Source of the DNA: an uncultured Candidatus Poseidoniales archaeon
Lineage (GTDB): Archaea > Thermoplasmatota > Poseidoniia > Poseidoniales > Thalassarchaeaceae
Direction: 5' to 3'
DNA: 64,000 nucleotides
Assembly (NCBI GenBank): GCA_964618995.1
Contig: CAZUBQ010000001.1
Span: 83,632-147,631 of the forward strand
This document shows positions 18,562 through 27,799 of the stretch, piece after piece; position 1 is the first letter of the stretch; every line of letters starts with the position of its first letter. The notes beneath the pieces are model-generated. The model had not been told where the DNA came from and did not search any database. It was given only the letters and a program-made list of their open reading frames with translations. The position numbers were made by a program, and so were the translations under genes.

Positions 18562-19523
18562 TCGACTGTATCACCCAGCATCTCTAGTAGTCGTGTATCG
18601 GTGATGTCCTCAGTCTGCATCAGCTGTGCCTCGAACTCCATCCTTCCAAGCACCCGTGATGCCTCCAACATCAATTGAAGGTCTGGCCGATCATGACCAG
18701 ACACACCACCATCCCAGGAATCAGCTATGACATCGAATGCAAATGCAACATCTTCTGGATGGCTGTTGAGAACGAACTCCTCCCCTACATTCCGCGGAGT
18801 TGATTCCTCGACCAGTGTCTGCATCCGGGGAGCCTCCTCATTCACGTCTGCCATTGCGAGATTCAACCAGATGAGTGCCGCTTCGACCGCTAGTCCAGGC
18901 AGCCCAGCATCGGACAGTCCGTGCAATGCCACCCAAGAGTGGCGTATCGCAGATTCATGGTCCTGCAGGTGCATCTGAAGTCGTGAGGCAGCCAATCGAC
19001 TGAGCGCGATTGTTTCAACCAGATGCGGACCATGTCGACTGATCTCGCTATGCATGGCAAGGGCCATCATCCACTCTGCTCGCGTTTCGTGCCACGCAGC
19101 CATGTTCAGCAGTGCGACGCCATGGGCTGCACTGCCCTCGTCCACGACCTTCAGCCGCTCCATAGCCCACTTGAGGTCGACACCGGCCTCCTCTTTCTCA
19201 CCCAGCGAATATCGAAGCAGACCCCATTCCATGCGAGCTCTGGCCTCAAGGCAATGATCCCGCTCTCCTTTCTTGCGGCAATCCTCAACACAGGAGCGGA
19301 TTGCCTCGCTTGCCGCGTCTGCATTGTTGGTAACCTGAGCGCGACGGAAGTTGACGAAATGCACTTCAGCCGCGCTAAGAAGGGGAATCAGTGTCGAAAC
19401 CAATGCCTCCTCCTGTTCTGCTGCAGCATGTTCGGCGACGGCTAGTCGCTCATTGGCGCCCAACTCCTTGATATCGAGCGAGTTGAGGCGCCACTGCTCT
19501 ACTCGTTCCAATGAGGTGACCAT
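18543..19523 (-). CDS. Hypothetical all-alpha (TPR-like) protein, last gene of the superoperon
   Basis: ATG start. Helical repeat content. Its stop overlaps the convergent upstream ORF by 19 nt. Confidence 0.4.
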   Translation of the reverse strand: MVTSLERVEQWRLNSLDIKELGANERLAVAEHAAAEQEEALVSTLIPLLSAAEVHFVNFRRAQVTNNADAASEAIRSCVEDCRKKGERDHCLEARARMEWGLLRYSLGEKEEAGVDLKWAMERLKVVDEGSAAHGVALLNMAAWHETRAEWMMALAMHSEISRHGPHLVETIALSRLAASRLQMHLQDHESAIRHSWVALHGLSDAGLPGLAVEAALIWLNLAMADVNEEAPRMQTLVEESTPRNVGEEFVLNSHPEDVAFAFDVIADSWDGGVSGHDRPDLQLMLEASRVLGRMEFEAQLMQTEDITDTRLLEMLGDTVDQPDSS

Positions 19524-19526
19524 GAG

Positions 19527-20522
19527 TCATCCTCCATCCCTAGGGGTGGCCGATAGATCCGCAATGAATCCAGATTGTGCTGTGATGTCAGGTACAGCGC
19601 CTGTCCATCCCGCGGCCCCAGGATGGCCACCACCCTCTCCACCGATTCTTGAGGCCAGGCCAGACATCAAGCCGCCGAGGTCGGCACCTTGTGATACAGC
19701 ACGGCGACCTGCGCGCGACACAAGTCGAACCTCGTCCTTCGCCTTACGCACCACCAACGCCACATCAGCTCCCGCCGCCAGCAATGCCCTTGCAACCACC
19801 CCTTCGTGTGTCGATGCAGATGTGTGCAGCAGGAACCAATCGCCAGCTTGCTCTACCTGCACCCGGTTCAGCGCGCGTGATACTGCCACCTTCTGTGAAT
19901 AGTCGAGTTCAACTTGTTCAAGTTCTTCAATGAAGCCAGAGAAGTCGACTTCACCTCCATCTACCAGTCTTGCGGCAGCAGCCAGCGAGGCTGCGTTGCC
20001 ATGTCTGAAGCGACCAGTGTCGGTGATGACACCTGCTAGCAGGAGGCGGCGGATTTCATCATCGAGAGATTCCGGACGGTGTCTCTCAAGATAGGCGAGT
20101 ACAATCTCTGCTGTGGATGATGTGTCCCAGTTGAGGTGCAACTCGGCGGTTTGCCAGTCAGAACCTCCGCTGTGATGATCGAGTACACACACTGGGGTGT
20201 CAGCGGGGAGATCCAACCCTAGTTGACTGGGTGAGGCTGCGTCGACTACCAGCACTCCACCCAACTGACGCGGCCATAGTGGGCGACTACCGTCCATGCG
20301 TGTGAAATCTGATTGTGAGCGATGTGTCACTGCGCTTGCGATTGCAGAGAGATGCACTCCGCATGCACGCGCCTGAGGGCCAAGTGCTCGAGCGATGGCG
20401 CACGCAGATCCAACTGTGTCCATGTCGCCATTGCGATGAGTTACCACTGCCAGTGCTCCAGCATCGCACGACCGCTCTATCCAGTTGTGCAGTCGGTCGA
20501 GTTCGTCAGCATTCCGTGTCAC
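19527..20522 (-). CDS. DHH/DHHA1 phosphoesterase (NrnA-like nanoRNase/pAp phosphatase family)
   Basis: HRNGDMDTVGSA, VLDHHSGGSD (DHH) and GGGHPGAAG (DHHA1) motifs. GTG start overlapping the prefoldin stop. Confidence 0.75.
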   Translation of the reverse strand: MTRNADELDRLHNWIERSCDAGALAVVTHRNGDMDTVGSACAIARALGPQARACGVHLSAIASAVTHRSQSDFTRMDGSRPLWPRQLGGVLVVDAASPSQLGLDLPADTPVCVLDHHSGGSDWQTAELHLNWDTSSTAEIVLAYLERHRPESLDDEIRRLLLAGVITDTGRFRHGNAASLAAAARLVDGGEVDFSGFIEELEQVELDYSQKVAVSRALNRVQVEQAGDWFLLHTSASTHEGVVARALLAAGADVALVVRKAKDEVRLVSRAGRRAVSQGADLGGLMSGLASRIGGEGGGHPGAAGWTGAVPDITAQSGFIADLSATPRDGG

Positions 20523-20851
20523 GCCAATCCCTCGAACTGCTTGACCACCTGTTCATAGCGTTCCCTCAGTTGCTGTTCATGCAGCTCAAGCCGTTGCTGG
20601 TGCTCCTGTAGTTTTTCGATGCTGGTGCTGAGTTCGCTGATCAATTCATCGCGGTCCTCGACCTCGAGTAGTAGTGGACCCGTCTGTCTGTAAACAGGGC
20701 GATTATCGGGTTGTTTCTGCAACGCCTCCAGACTGCCCTCCAATTCTCGCACCTGTGAACTAACAGTCGCCACCTGCTGTGCTGCAGCCTGCAGTTCATG
20801 GGCTAATGTCTGCAATTCAGTCGTCAGGTCTGCGGGTTCGGTCATGCTCAC
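20519..20851 (-). CDS. pfdB: Prefoldin beta subunit
   Basis: ~110 aa with two coiled-coil heptad segments flanking a beta-hairpin region. Position in the superoperon supports the call. Confidence 0.6.
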   Translation of the reverse strand: MSMTEPADLTTELQTLAHELQAAAQQVATVSSQVRELEGSLEALQKQPDNRPVYRQTGPLLLEVEDRDELISELSTSIEKLQEHQQRLELHEQQLRERYEQVVKQFEGLA

Positions 20852-21114
20852 TCCACCTCCGTGGATGTTCCTCGGGAGGCGTCGACGGAAATCAGCGCTT
20901 CGGACGCGGCCTGTAGTGACCGCAACGTGGAATTCAATCGTGCGCGTAGGTCAGAGATGCTGTCTCCGTGCACAGTGACCAACAGTGAATCATCTTCGAT
21001 GGATGCACCAGCATCCTCGGACTGGATACAGGCGAACAACCCCTGTATCTGATCGGCTTCAGCTAGCCGAAGCGTCGCAGTACACGACTCACTCTTCTTC
21101 GCTGGTGGCGTCAT
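20848..21114 (-). CDS. pcc1: KEOPS complex subunit Pcc1
   Basis: 88 aa from ATG 21114. C-terminal DLRARLNSTLRSLQAASEAL matches the Pcc1 signature helix (LRAslNsylRwl). Confidence 0.5.
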   Translation of the reverse strand: MTPPAKKSESCTATLRLAEADQIQGLFACIQSEDAGASIEDDSLLVTVHGDSISDLRARLNSTLRSLQAASEALISVDASRGTSTEVE

Positions 21115-21502
21115 CGTCTCCCTCGGTGGCGACTTCCGCCAGCGGCGAGTCTGAATCATCATCAGCCTCGGCACGCTGGCGCTCGAATTCGACTGCCGCC
21201 TGCTGAGCGATGACCGCCATGTCGGTGGCAGTGGCTCCCTCGACGGAACGGCGAACTATCCTCTGGTTTGCGACGGTTGCGCGCGTGAACGGCTCCCACA
21301 CACCACCTGCGAACGTGTGATCACACTTCTTGCAGTTCCAGACGCCGGCCGCAACCCGCTTCACCTTCGGGTACTGACAGACCGGGCAGGTGTACGACTT
21401 CTTGAGGCGCTTGAGTACTGAAGTTGCACGGCGACGGACGCTGACTCCGTATCGCGGACCAAAGCGAGCTCCAAGTCCGACTTTCTGGGTCCTGCGTGAC
21501 AT
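21089..21502 (-). CDS. rpl37ae: 50S ribosomal protein L37Ae with acidic C-terminal extension
   Basis: Zn ribbon CPVC...CKKC, MSRRTQKVGLGARFGPRYG. ~45 extra C-terminal residues rich in D/E/A. Confidence 0.85.
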   Translation of the reverse strand: MSRRTQKVGLGARFGPRYGVSVRRRATSVLKRLKKSYTCPVCQYPKVKRVAAGVWNCKKCDHTFAGGVWEPFTRATVANQRIVRRSVEGATATDMAVIAQQAAVEFERQRAEADDDSDSPLAEVATEGDDDATSEEE

Positions 21503-21503
21503 C

Positions 21504-22292
21504 TCAATCCTGCTCCAGGCTCTCCACGAGTTCCATCAGTTCGTCACGGCGCACACGAGCCGCTTGCATGATATCGTCGAACTCCTCGGATGTGAACGCT
21601 CCCCTCAGTCCCTTCTGGAGAGAATGGACGTGACCATCATCCCCCAATGTGATGTGGATGCGCTCGTCTCCGCCGAGTTCCTCCTCGCCGTTGGCATCGT
21701 AGACGAAACGACCGCCTACCTTGTGATACGAGCACATGATCGGAGTGCATGAGAGTTCAAGCGACTCATCCTCGCCTACGTCGAATCTCTCAGCAGGTAT
21801 GGTGGCGTTACGTAGCGCCACTATTGCTGCGAGTCCGAAGGCGTCGAACAGGTTTCCGTCATCAGATATGGCGTGCAGGTCGATGATCACCTGCCAGGCC
21901 TTCTCACCGGGCAAGATACACAGGCCGTTGACGTCGATGCAGCCTGATTCACGGATGCCGCGGTCGACCACCCGGCCCAGTTCGATTGATTCCTCACTAG
22001 GTGGCCCCGGCTCCCAGTTGCGTCCGGCAATCGGCCGGATTTCAGCGCTGGTCATCAGGCCGCCCTGGTCTGGGCGGTCAGAGTATGGTGTCATGATCTG
22101 GAACTTGACGCCGGCGTAGACGATGGTGTCACCCATTCGAACACGAGCTGACCCCTCAGCGCGATCTATTGGGTTGACCTCCACCTCAATCGGGCGTCCT
22201 TCCAGACGGCCGCGACCATCGACTCGCTCATCGCGCTCGGCCAACTCTTTGAGGTGGTCGCGCAGCAGCCCTGGCACGAGTGCAATACCCAT
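21504..22292 (-). CDS. rrp42: Exosome complex component Rrp42 (inactive RNase PH subunit)
   Basis: RNase PH fold; typical Rrp42 length and motifs. ATGA overlap with rrp41. Confidence 0.85.
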   Translation of the reverse strand: MGIALVPGLLRDHLKELAERDERVDGRGRLEGRPIEVEVNPIDRAEGSARVRMGDTIVYAGVKFQIMTPYSDRPDQGGLMTSAEIRPIAGRNWEPGPPSEESIELGRVVDRGIRESGCIDVNGLCILPGEKAWQVIIDLHAISDDGNLFDAFGLAAIVALRNATIPAERFDVGEDESLELSCTPIMCSYHKVGGRFVYDANGEEELGGDERIHITLGDDGHVHSLQKGLRGAFTSEEFDDIMQAARVRRDELMELVESLEQD

Positions 22293-23017
22293 CAGGCATC
22301 ACCTCCGTAACGTGCGGCTAGTGCAGCCACCATAATCTCGTGAATCTCCTTGGCGGCTCCCATGTTGTAGTCCCACGCCTCCTGGAAATCATCAGGAGAG
22401 AGGTTGCCGTCCATCTGTAGGAACACCAATTCACCACTGTTGGGTAGAATCCCCATCGGGAGATCCGCATCCCCATAGTTATCCTCTTCCTTATTGAGGT
22501 CGAGGACGACCACGCCGTTCACCTTCCCGCTGGCCACGCTGACGACCATGTCGGTCATCGGGATACCAGCATCCGCGAGAGCCACCGAGGCTGCTGTCAG
22601 GCCGACGCAGCGAGTTCCTGCTTCGGCGCACATTATCTCAATCTCGACACGTATCTTGGAACGGGGGTATAGTTCGAGTTGTACGACGCTCTCGAGGGCA
22701 TTGGCGGTGACCTTGCCTATCTCGCGACTGCGTCGGTTGAATCCCGGACGAATGCGATCAGTGACGCTGAATGGTGCCATGTTGTAGCGCACGTCGAGAA
22801 CGGCGCGGTCCTGTCGCGATATCTTGCGCGGATGGGCTTCCATCGGGCCATACACCGCGGCAATCGCCATGTTCGTCCCCCATTGGATTCTCGCCGAGCC
22901 GTCCGCAACAGGGACCACCCCCGCTTCAATCTCGATCTTCCGGAGTTCATCCGGGCGGCGCCCATCCATTCGGGTACCGTCTTCATTCAACATCTGGACA
23001 TCTCCGTATCCACCCAT
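22292..23017 (-). CDS. rrp41: Exosome complex exonuclease Rrp41 (RNase PH)
   Basis: R-x-DGR and phosphate-binding motifs (RPDELRKIEIEAGVVPVADGSARIQWG, MCAEAGTRCVG). Confidence 0.9.
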   Translation of the reverse strand: MGGYGDVQMLNEDGTRMDGRRPDELRKIEIEAGVVPVADGSARIQWGTNMAIAAVYGPMEAHPRKISRQDRAVLDVRYNMAPFSVTDRIRPGFNRRSREIGKVTANALESVVQLELYPRSKIRVEIEIMCAEAGTRCVGLTAASVALADAGIPMTDMVVSVASGKVNGVVVLDLNKEEDNYGDADLPMGILPNSGELVFLQMDGNLSPDDFQEAWDYNMGAAKEIHEIMVAALAARYGGDA

Positions 23018-23037
23018 TTCTATTCACTCTCCTGCTT

Positions 23038-23706
23038 TCATTGCTCGAGAATACCACGAACGCGGCTCTCGATATCCGGTCGATGACCGGCTTCGCGGAT
23101 GACGCTGAGCGCTGAGCGCGCCAGGCGGGTGCCCGATGCATCACCTTCGATCCATATTCGGCCGTTCTGGCCAACGACCATGCGGCAATCGCTTGCCTCT
23201 TTGATCGACTTCAACATTCGTCCATCGACGCCGACTACCCTGCTCAGCAGATGTGACGGTAACGTGTCAACGAACCCTGAATTCAACTTGCGCAGCCCCA
23301 TGCCCTTCATGGTGACCACGGCACCGTGGTTCTCGTCAACCTCCTGCACACGGCAGAGGACTGTCGAGCCGACATCCATGTACTCCCTCGTTGCACCGAA
23401 ATCAACCTTGCCAGCGGCGAGGCTCATAGGAAGAATCGCATTGAATGGCCCACCGATGTCGATGAACCAGATGTTTGAGCGCATCCCTTCCACATAACCG
23501 ACTATCAGGTCACCTGGGCGTGGGGTGTATGCCGTGTGCACCGGATGCACCGACAACTCACCCCCCTGCTCCTTCAGATGACCGAGCCGCGTGGCAATCA
23601 ATTCGCCGTTGCGCCGAAGCACACCATGGCCTGCTCGACGCTCGCCGATTTCACCAAGCGAATCGCCGGGAATGACCAGTCGACCAACGTCCCCTGAATC
23701 ACTCAT
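23038..23706 (-). CDS. rrp4: Exosome RNA-binding subunit Rrp4 (S1 + KH)
   Basis: N-terminal domain, S1 (GDLIVGYVEGMRSNIWFIDIG) and KH (GRIWIEG) regions. ATG at 23706. Confidence 0.85.
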   Translation of the reverse strand: MSDSGDVGRLVIPGDSLGEIGERRAGHGVLRRNGELIATRLGHLKEQGGELSVHPVHTAYTPRPGDLIVGYVEGMRSNIWFIDIGGPFNAILPMSLAAGKVDFGATREYMDVGSTVLCRVQEVDENHGAVVTMKGMGLRKLNSGFVDTLPSHLLSRVVGVDGRMLKSIKEASDCRMVVGQNGRIWIEGDASGTRLARSALSVIREAGHRPDIESRVRGILEQ

Positions 23707-23780
23707 GCAGACCCTCCGTCGCCGCCGACCGGCCCGCCCTCTATAACCGTTGCATAGCAACGACGGCTGAGTGATGCCCC

Positions 23781-24470
23781 TCAATCGAGTTCCTTGACGA
23801 CCACGTCGGGAGCACGCTTGCCCACCTTGGCGATGTAATCAATCTTCATTCCAGCCGGGACCTCGACAGTGAACGCCCAGTCACCATTGGCGAGCCATTC
23901 CTCACGAAGGATGTCCTCCCTGACCATCGATAACACTGAGCCGTAGTTGGCGCCGGCAATCTTGAACGCTAGTTTGACAGTTGTGAACGAGAGAGGAATC
24001 AAGGGGCGGATCTCGTCGACGGCAGACTTCACCTGTTTGTCAACCGGGATGAACGGGTCGACACTGAAGCGAGCCTCCTCCAGTGCATTCTCGATGCGTT
24101 GTGGGGGGTGGGGGAGCTTCGTCTTCGGATCGATGGCGAGCATGGCAATCTCTGAGATGATGGCGGTCCGTTTACCGGAGACCATCTTCTTTCGCTGCTC
24201 TGTTGTCAATTGCACAGAACCATCCACGAGGATTTTCGCAACACACTCTGCGAGGTCCGTCGTCCCGAACACGCCCACCAGTTTCTCTTCCGTCGGCCGG
24301 TCGCCCGCCTTGGCGTCATGCCACACCTCGTCGGTGGCGAGCAGGTCATCGAGCTCAACTGATTCTGGGTCCTCCTTCCAGTTGTCGACCAGGTCGGGGT
24401 CCACTAAAATCTCGTAACGCTTTCCACCTTTCTCGAGGCGGGCGATGACCGCATCATCTAGACTGACCAT
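23781..24470 (-). CDS. sdo1: SBDS/Sdo1 ribosome maturation protein
   Basis: ARLEKGGKRYEILVDPD FYSH-domain start. ATG at 24470. Confidence 0.8.
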   Translation of the reverse strand: MVSLDDAVIARLEKGGKRYEILVDPDLVDNWKEDPESVELDDLLATDEVWHDAKAGDRPTEEKLVGVFGTTDLAECVAKILVDGSVQLTTEQRKKMVSGKRTAIISEIAMLAIDPKTKLPHPPQRIENALEEARFSVDPFIPVDKQVKSAVDEIRPLIPLSFTTVKLAFKIAGANYGSVLSMVREDILREEWLANGDWAFTVEVPAGMKIDYIAKVGKRAPDVVVKELD

Positions 24471-24544
24471 GGCAACCCAAACAGAGGAGAAGGGGCGGAG
24501 GGCAATAGCCCTTCGTAACTCAAATGAGCCATTAGCGCTCGGAA

Positions 24545-25276
24545 TCACTCTTCGTCGGTGATGAGCGGCTTGAGGCGAGCTATCTGCTTGCTCACCTCGT
24601 CACGGCTGAGCAGCCGGTAACCATCGCTGTTCAGTACGGCAATCTCCACCGCATCCTCGTTAAGTTCGTCCTCAAGAGATTCACGCAGAGCCTCAAGCCC
24701 TATCTTGCAAGCGGCATTCATAGTCATGTTCTCCTTCCATTGTTTCTCAAAGAACTCAACCACACTGTTGCGGCCACGCCCTATTGCGCCGGCCTGATAG
24801 GACTGGTATGCGCCTGATGGATCGGTCTCGTAGAGATGCATGCCGTTCTCATCGCACCCGGCGATCAGCAGTGCGGTCCCGAACGGTCGTACCCCACCGT
24901 ATTGGGTGAATGACTGCTTGAAGTCGCAGATTTTCTTGGTGAGCACATCAACAGGAATGCGGCTGCTGTAGGTGATGCGGTTGACCTGACATTCGGTGCG
25001 GGCGCGGTCGACCAGTTGACGTGCGTCGGCAACCAGTCCGGAGGTCGCGAATCCGATGTGCTCGTCAATCATGTACACCTTGTCAATCGACTCTGGAATG
25101 ATCAGTCGGCTGGCGATGCGCTTGTCGACGATGAGCAGGACTCCGTCACGAAACTTCAGGCCGACTGTAGTTGTACCGCGCTTGACTGATTCTCTCGCAT
25201 ATTCCACCTGAAACAGCCTCCCATCGGGGCTGAAGGTGGTGATTCCGTGGTCATATCCTCTTCCGCTCGGCTGCAT
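24545..25276 (-). CDS. psmA: Proteasome alpha subunit
   Basis: YDHGITTFSPDGRLFQVEYARE, GTTTVGLK. ATG at 25276. Confidence 0.9.
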   Translation of the reverse strand: MQPSGRGYDHGITTFSPDGRLFQVEYARESVKRGTTTVGLKFRDGVLLIVDKRIASRLIIPESIDKVYMIDEHIGFATSGLVADARQLVDRARTECQVNRITYSSRIPVDVLTKKICDFKQSFTQYGGVRPFGTALLIAGCDENGMHLYETDPSGAYQSYQAGAIGRGRNSVVEFFEKQWKENMTMNAACKIGLEALRESLEDELNEDAVEIAVLNSDGYRLLSRDEVSKQIARLKPLITDEE

Positions 25277-25388
25277 CCCGTGTACCCGGTGTCGGCTCTG
25301 AATCAACCCCTTATGAACCTTGGTCGTGTCTCCTCCTAACCCAGCCAGAGGGCGCGGCCCTTTTCCGAGCCGGCCTTGTCCCCGGGCC

Positions 25389-26063
25389 ATGCGCGTGCTC
25401 GCTCTCTCCTCGGGTGGCAAGGACTCCTGCTACGCAATCTGGTGGGCACTGCTGCGAGGATGGGATGTCTCTGGCATCATCACCGTGCGTGTCACAGGAG
25501 ACGATTCGATGATGTTCCAACTTCCAACCGTCGGAATCGCACGTCTGCAGGCAGAGGCTGGTGACATCCCTTGGCATGAGATCGAAGTCGAAGGAGATGT
25601 AGCAACGGAGATGGATGACCTGGAGGCTGGAATTAGGTCGATTGCACGCAACGAACCCATAGATGGCATCGTCTGCGGCGCATTGCGCTCAGATTACCAG
25701 AAAACTCGTGTTGAACGGATGTGCGAGAGGCTCGAGATGCATTCGTTCACGCCACTCTGGCATCATCAAGGAGACCAGCACATGCTCGAACTGTTGGAAC
25801 ACGGATTCGAAGTCACCCTGACATCCGTGTCAGCGGATGGTATTGGCAGTGAATGGCTCGGCACTAAGCTCGACTTGAACGCGCTCGATCGGCTGCGGGG
25901 CCTGGCAGCGGATTACCGTTTCAACATCGACGGTGAAGGAGGAGAGTTCGAGACTGCAGTATCTAGCGCCCCGTGGATGGTTGGGCGCATCGAATTGGAG
26001 GGCAGTCACTATTCCAGCGGTTGTCGACACTGGTTGGAGATTGAATCTTCGGAAGTCGTCTGA
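25389..26063 (+). CDS. dph6: Diphthine--ammonia ligase (Dph6 / MJ0570-family PP-loop ATPase)
   Basis: ALSSGGKDSCYA PP-loop, SDYQKTRVERMC, EGGEFETAV, compared with MJ0570. Confidence 0.7.
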   Translation: MRVLALSSGGKDSCYAIWWALLRGWDVSGIITVRVTGDDSMMFQLPTVGIARLQAEAGDIPWHEIEVEGDVATEMDDLEAGIRSIARNEPIDGIVCGALRSDYQKTRVERMCERLEMHSFTPLWHHQGDQHMLELLEHGFEVTLTSVSADGIGSEWLGTKLDLNALDRLRGLAADYRFNIDGEGGEFETAVSSAPWMVGRIELEGSHYSSGCRHWLEIESSEVV

Positions 26064-26136
26064 GCGTCCCATATGCCAGCGTTCTTCTAGCGGCAGTCTC
26101 AAACGGAACCTCCGCTCGCCGCATCACGGGGTAGCG

Positions 26137-27486
26137 ATGTCGCTGTGTCCGTTGGATTACCGCTATGGGCGCGACAGCGTCAAGCAAATTTGGTCTGATG
26201 ATGGGCGTCATGCTCGACAACTCGAGGTAGAACGGGCGCTGGTCTGGGCGCACAAGGAACTCGGACGAGTGAGTGATGACGACTACCGCGAAGTGGCGGC
26301 CGTCGCCGACCCGCGTATCGTCACCAAGGAACGGGTAACACAGATTGAAGATGAGACGAAGCACGACATAATGGCGCTCACCAGGGCGATGTCTGAGGCC
26401 GCCGGAGATGCAGGTTGGTGCATACATCTCGGAGCTACCAGCAACGACATCGTCGACACTGCGGTGGCGCTGCAAATCCGTGACTCCATCTCACAGCAGG
26501 TGGAAGGCATCCAGACGCTGATAGGTACACTATGCGATCTTGCTGAGCGCGAGCGTGACACCGTCATGCTAGGTCGCACGCACGGACAGGCTGCTACTCC
26601 AATCACATTCGGACTGAAGGTGTCCGTGTGGATTGACGAGTTTCGTCGGCACCTGATTCGTTTGGTGCAGATGTCACCGCGCGTGTGCGTTGGTAAGTTC
26701 CTTGGCGCTGTCGGCACAGGTGCGGCACAGGGTGACAATGCGCGCGAACTGCAGGCGTTGATACTCACTCACCTCAATCTGGGCGTCCCCTTGGTGACAA
26801 CTCAGGTTGTAGGTCGTGATCGCTACATCGAGTGGGTCTCATGGATGGCGAACGTCGCTACCAGCGTAGAGAAGATTCTGCAAGAGGTGCGCAACCTGCA
26901 GCGCAGCGAGATCGCCGAGGTAGCAGAGGCATTCGATGCTGACAAACAGGTCGGGTCCTCAACGATGGCGCACAAGCGCAACCCGATTACCTCAGAGAAT
27001 GCATGCGGTCTGGCACGAGTCGTGCGCTCGATGCTGCTGCCAACTTGGGAGAACGCGCTCCTGTGGCATGAGCGGGACCTCGCCAACTCATCCGCCGAGC
27101 GATTTACCCTGTCTCACGCTGTGGTGCTGCTGGACGACATTCTAGGCAAGTCGAACAAGGTGTTCACCAATCTTGTGGTCGACGCTGAACGGATGGGGGC
27201 CAACATCGATGCACAGAAGGGCCTGGTCATGGCCGAGAAAGTGATGCTTGAACTCGTTGAACGTGGAGTTCCGAGAGATGAGGCACACGAAGTGCTGCGC
27301 ACTGCCTCGATGGAGGCTATAACGTCAGGTGCGCATCTCGAGGATGTCTGCGCGCGTACCCCCCCGATATCTGCACTGTTCGACGGCGATGAACTGCACG
27401 CCCTGTTCGAACCATCGAGTCATCTGGGAGTCAGTGGAGAACTCGTCGATGAGACTGTGGAACTTGCTCGCAGGGCGCTTGATTGA
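26137..27486 (+). CDS. purB: Adenylosuccinate lyase
   Basis: Fumarate-lyase signature GSSTMAHKRNP; PLDYRYG N-terminus. ATG at 26137. Confidence 0.85.
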   Translation: MSLCPLDYRYGRDSVKQIWSDDGRHARQLEVERALVWAHKELGRVSDDDYREVAAVADPRIVTKERVTQIEDETKHDIMALTRAMSEAAGDAGWCIHLGATSNDIVDTAVALQIRDSISQQVEGIQTLIGTLCDLAERERDTVMLGRTHGQAATPITFGLKVSVWIDEFRRHLIRLVQMSPRVCVGKFLGAVGTGAAQGDNARELQALILTHLNLGVPLVTTQVVGRDRYIEWVSWMANVATSVEKILQEVRNLQRSEIAEVAEAFDADKQVGSSTMAHKRNPITSENACGLARVVRSMLLPTWENALLWHERDLANSSAERFTLSHAVVLLDDILGKSNKVFTNLVVDAERMGANIDAQKGLVMAEKVMLELVERGVPRDEAHEVLRTASMEAITSGAHLEDVCARTPPISALFDGDELHALFEPSSHLGVSGELVDETVELARRALD

Positions 27487-27693
27487 TTAGAGCATCATCA
27501 TCAAGCCGAGCGCAATCCCTGTCAATGAGGCGGTGATTACCAACATGAGGATCATTCCCTGCGGGCCGAACTGGTTCGAATCGCTCAGTGCGGTGCGGAA
27601 CAGGCCGTGCTCTCTGATGGCGGTCAACAGGTTGGCATCCTCCAACTCCTCATATGCCGGTGGGTCTCGGCGGGGAATCCTCTCCTCTACCAT
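27487..27693 (-). CDS. Small hypothetical protein with C-terminal TM helix
   Basis: 68 aa; only ORF properties support it. Confidence 0.2.
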   Translation of the reverse strand: MVEERIPRRDPPAYEELEDANLLTAIREHGLFRTALSDSNQFGPQGMILMLVITASLTGIALGLMMML

Positions 27694-27799
27694 CTATCCC
27701 ACCCACTGGGTGTCGGAACATAGCGATTGCCTGACAGCGACATATCACACATGACGTTGTGACAGGCTTGATGAGCCTCCGCATGTCAACGAGTGCTGC

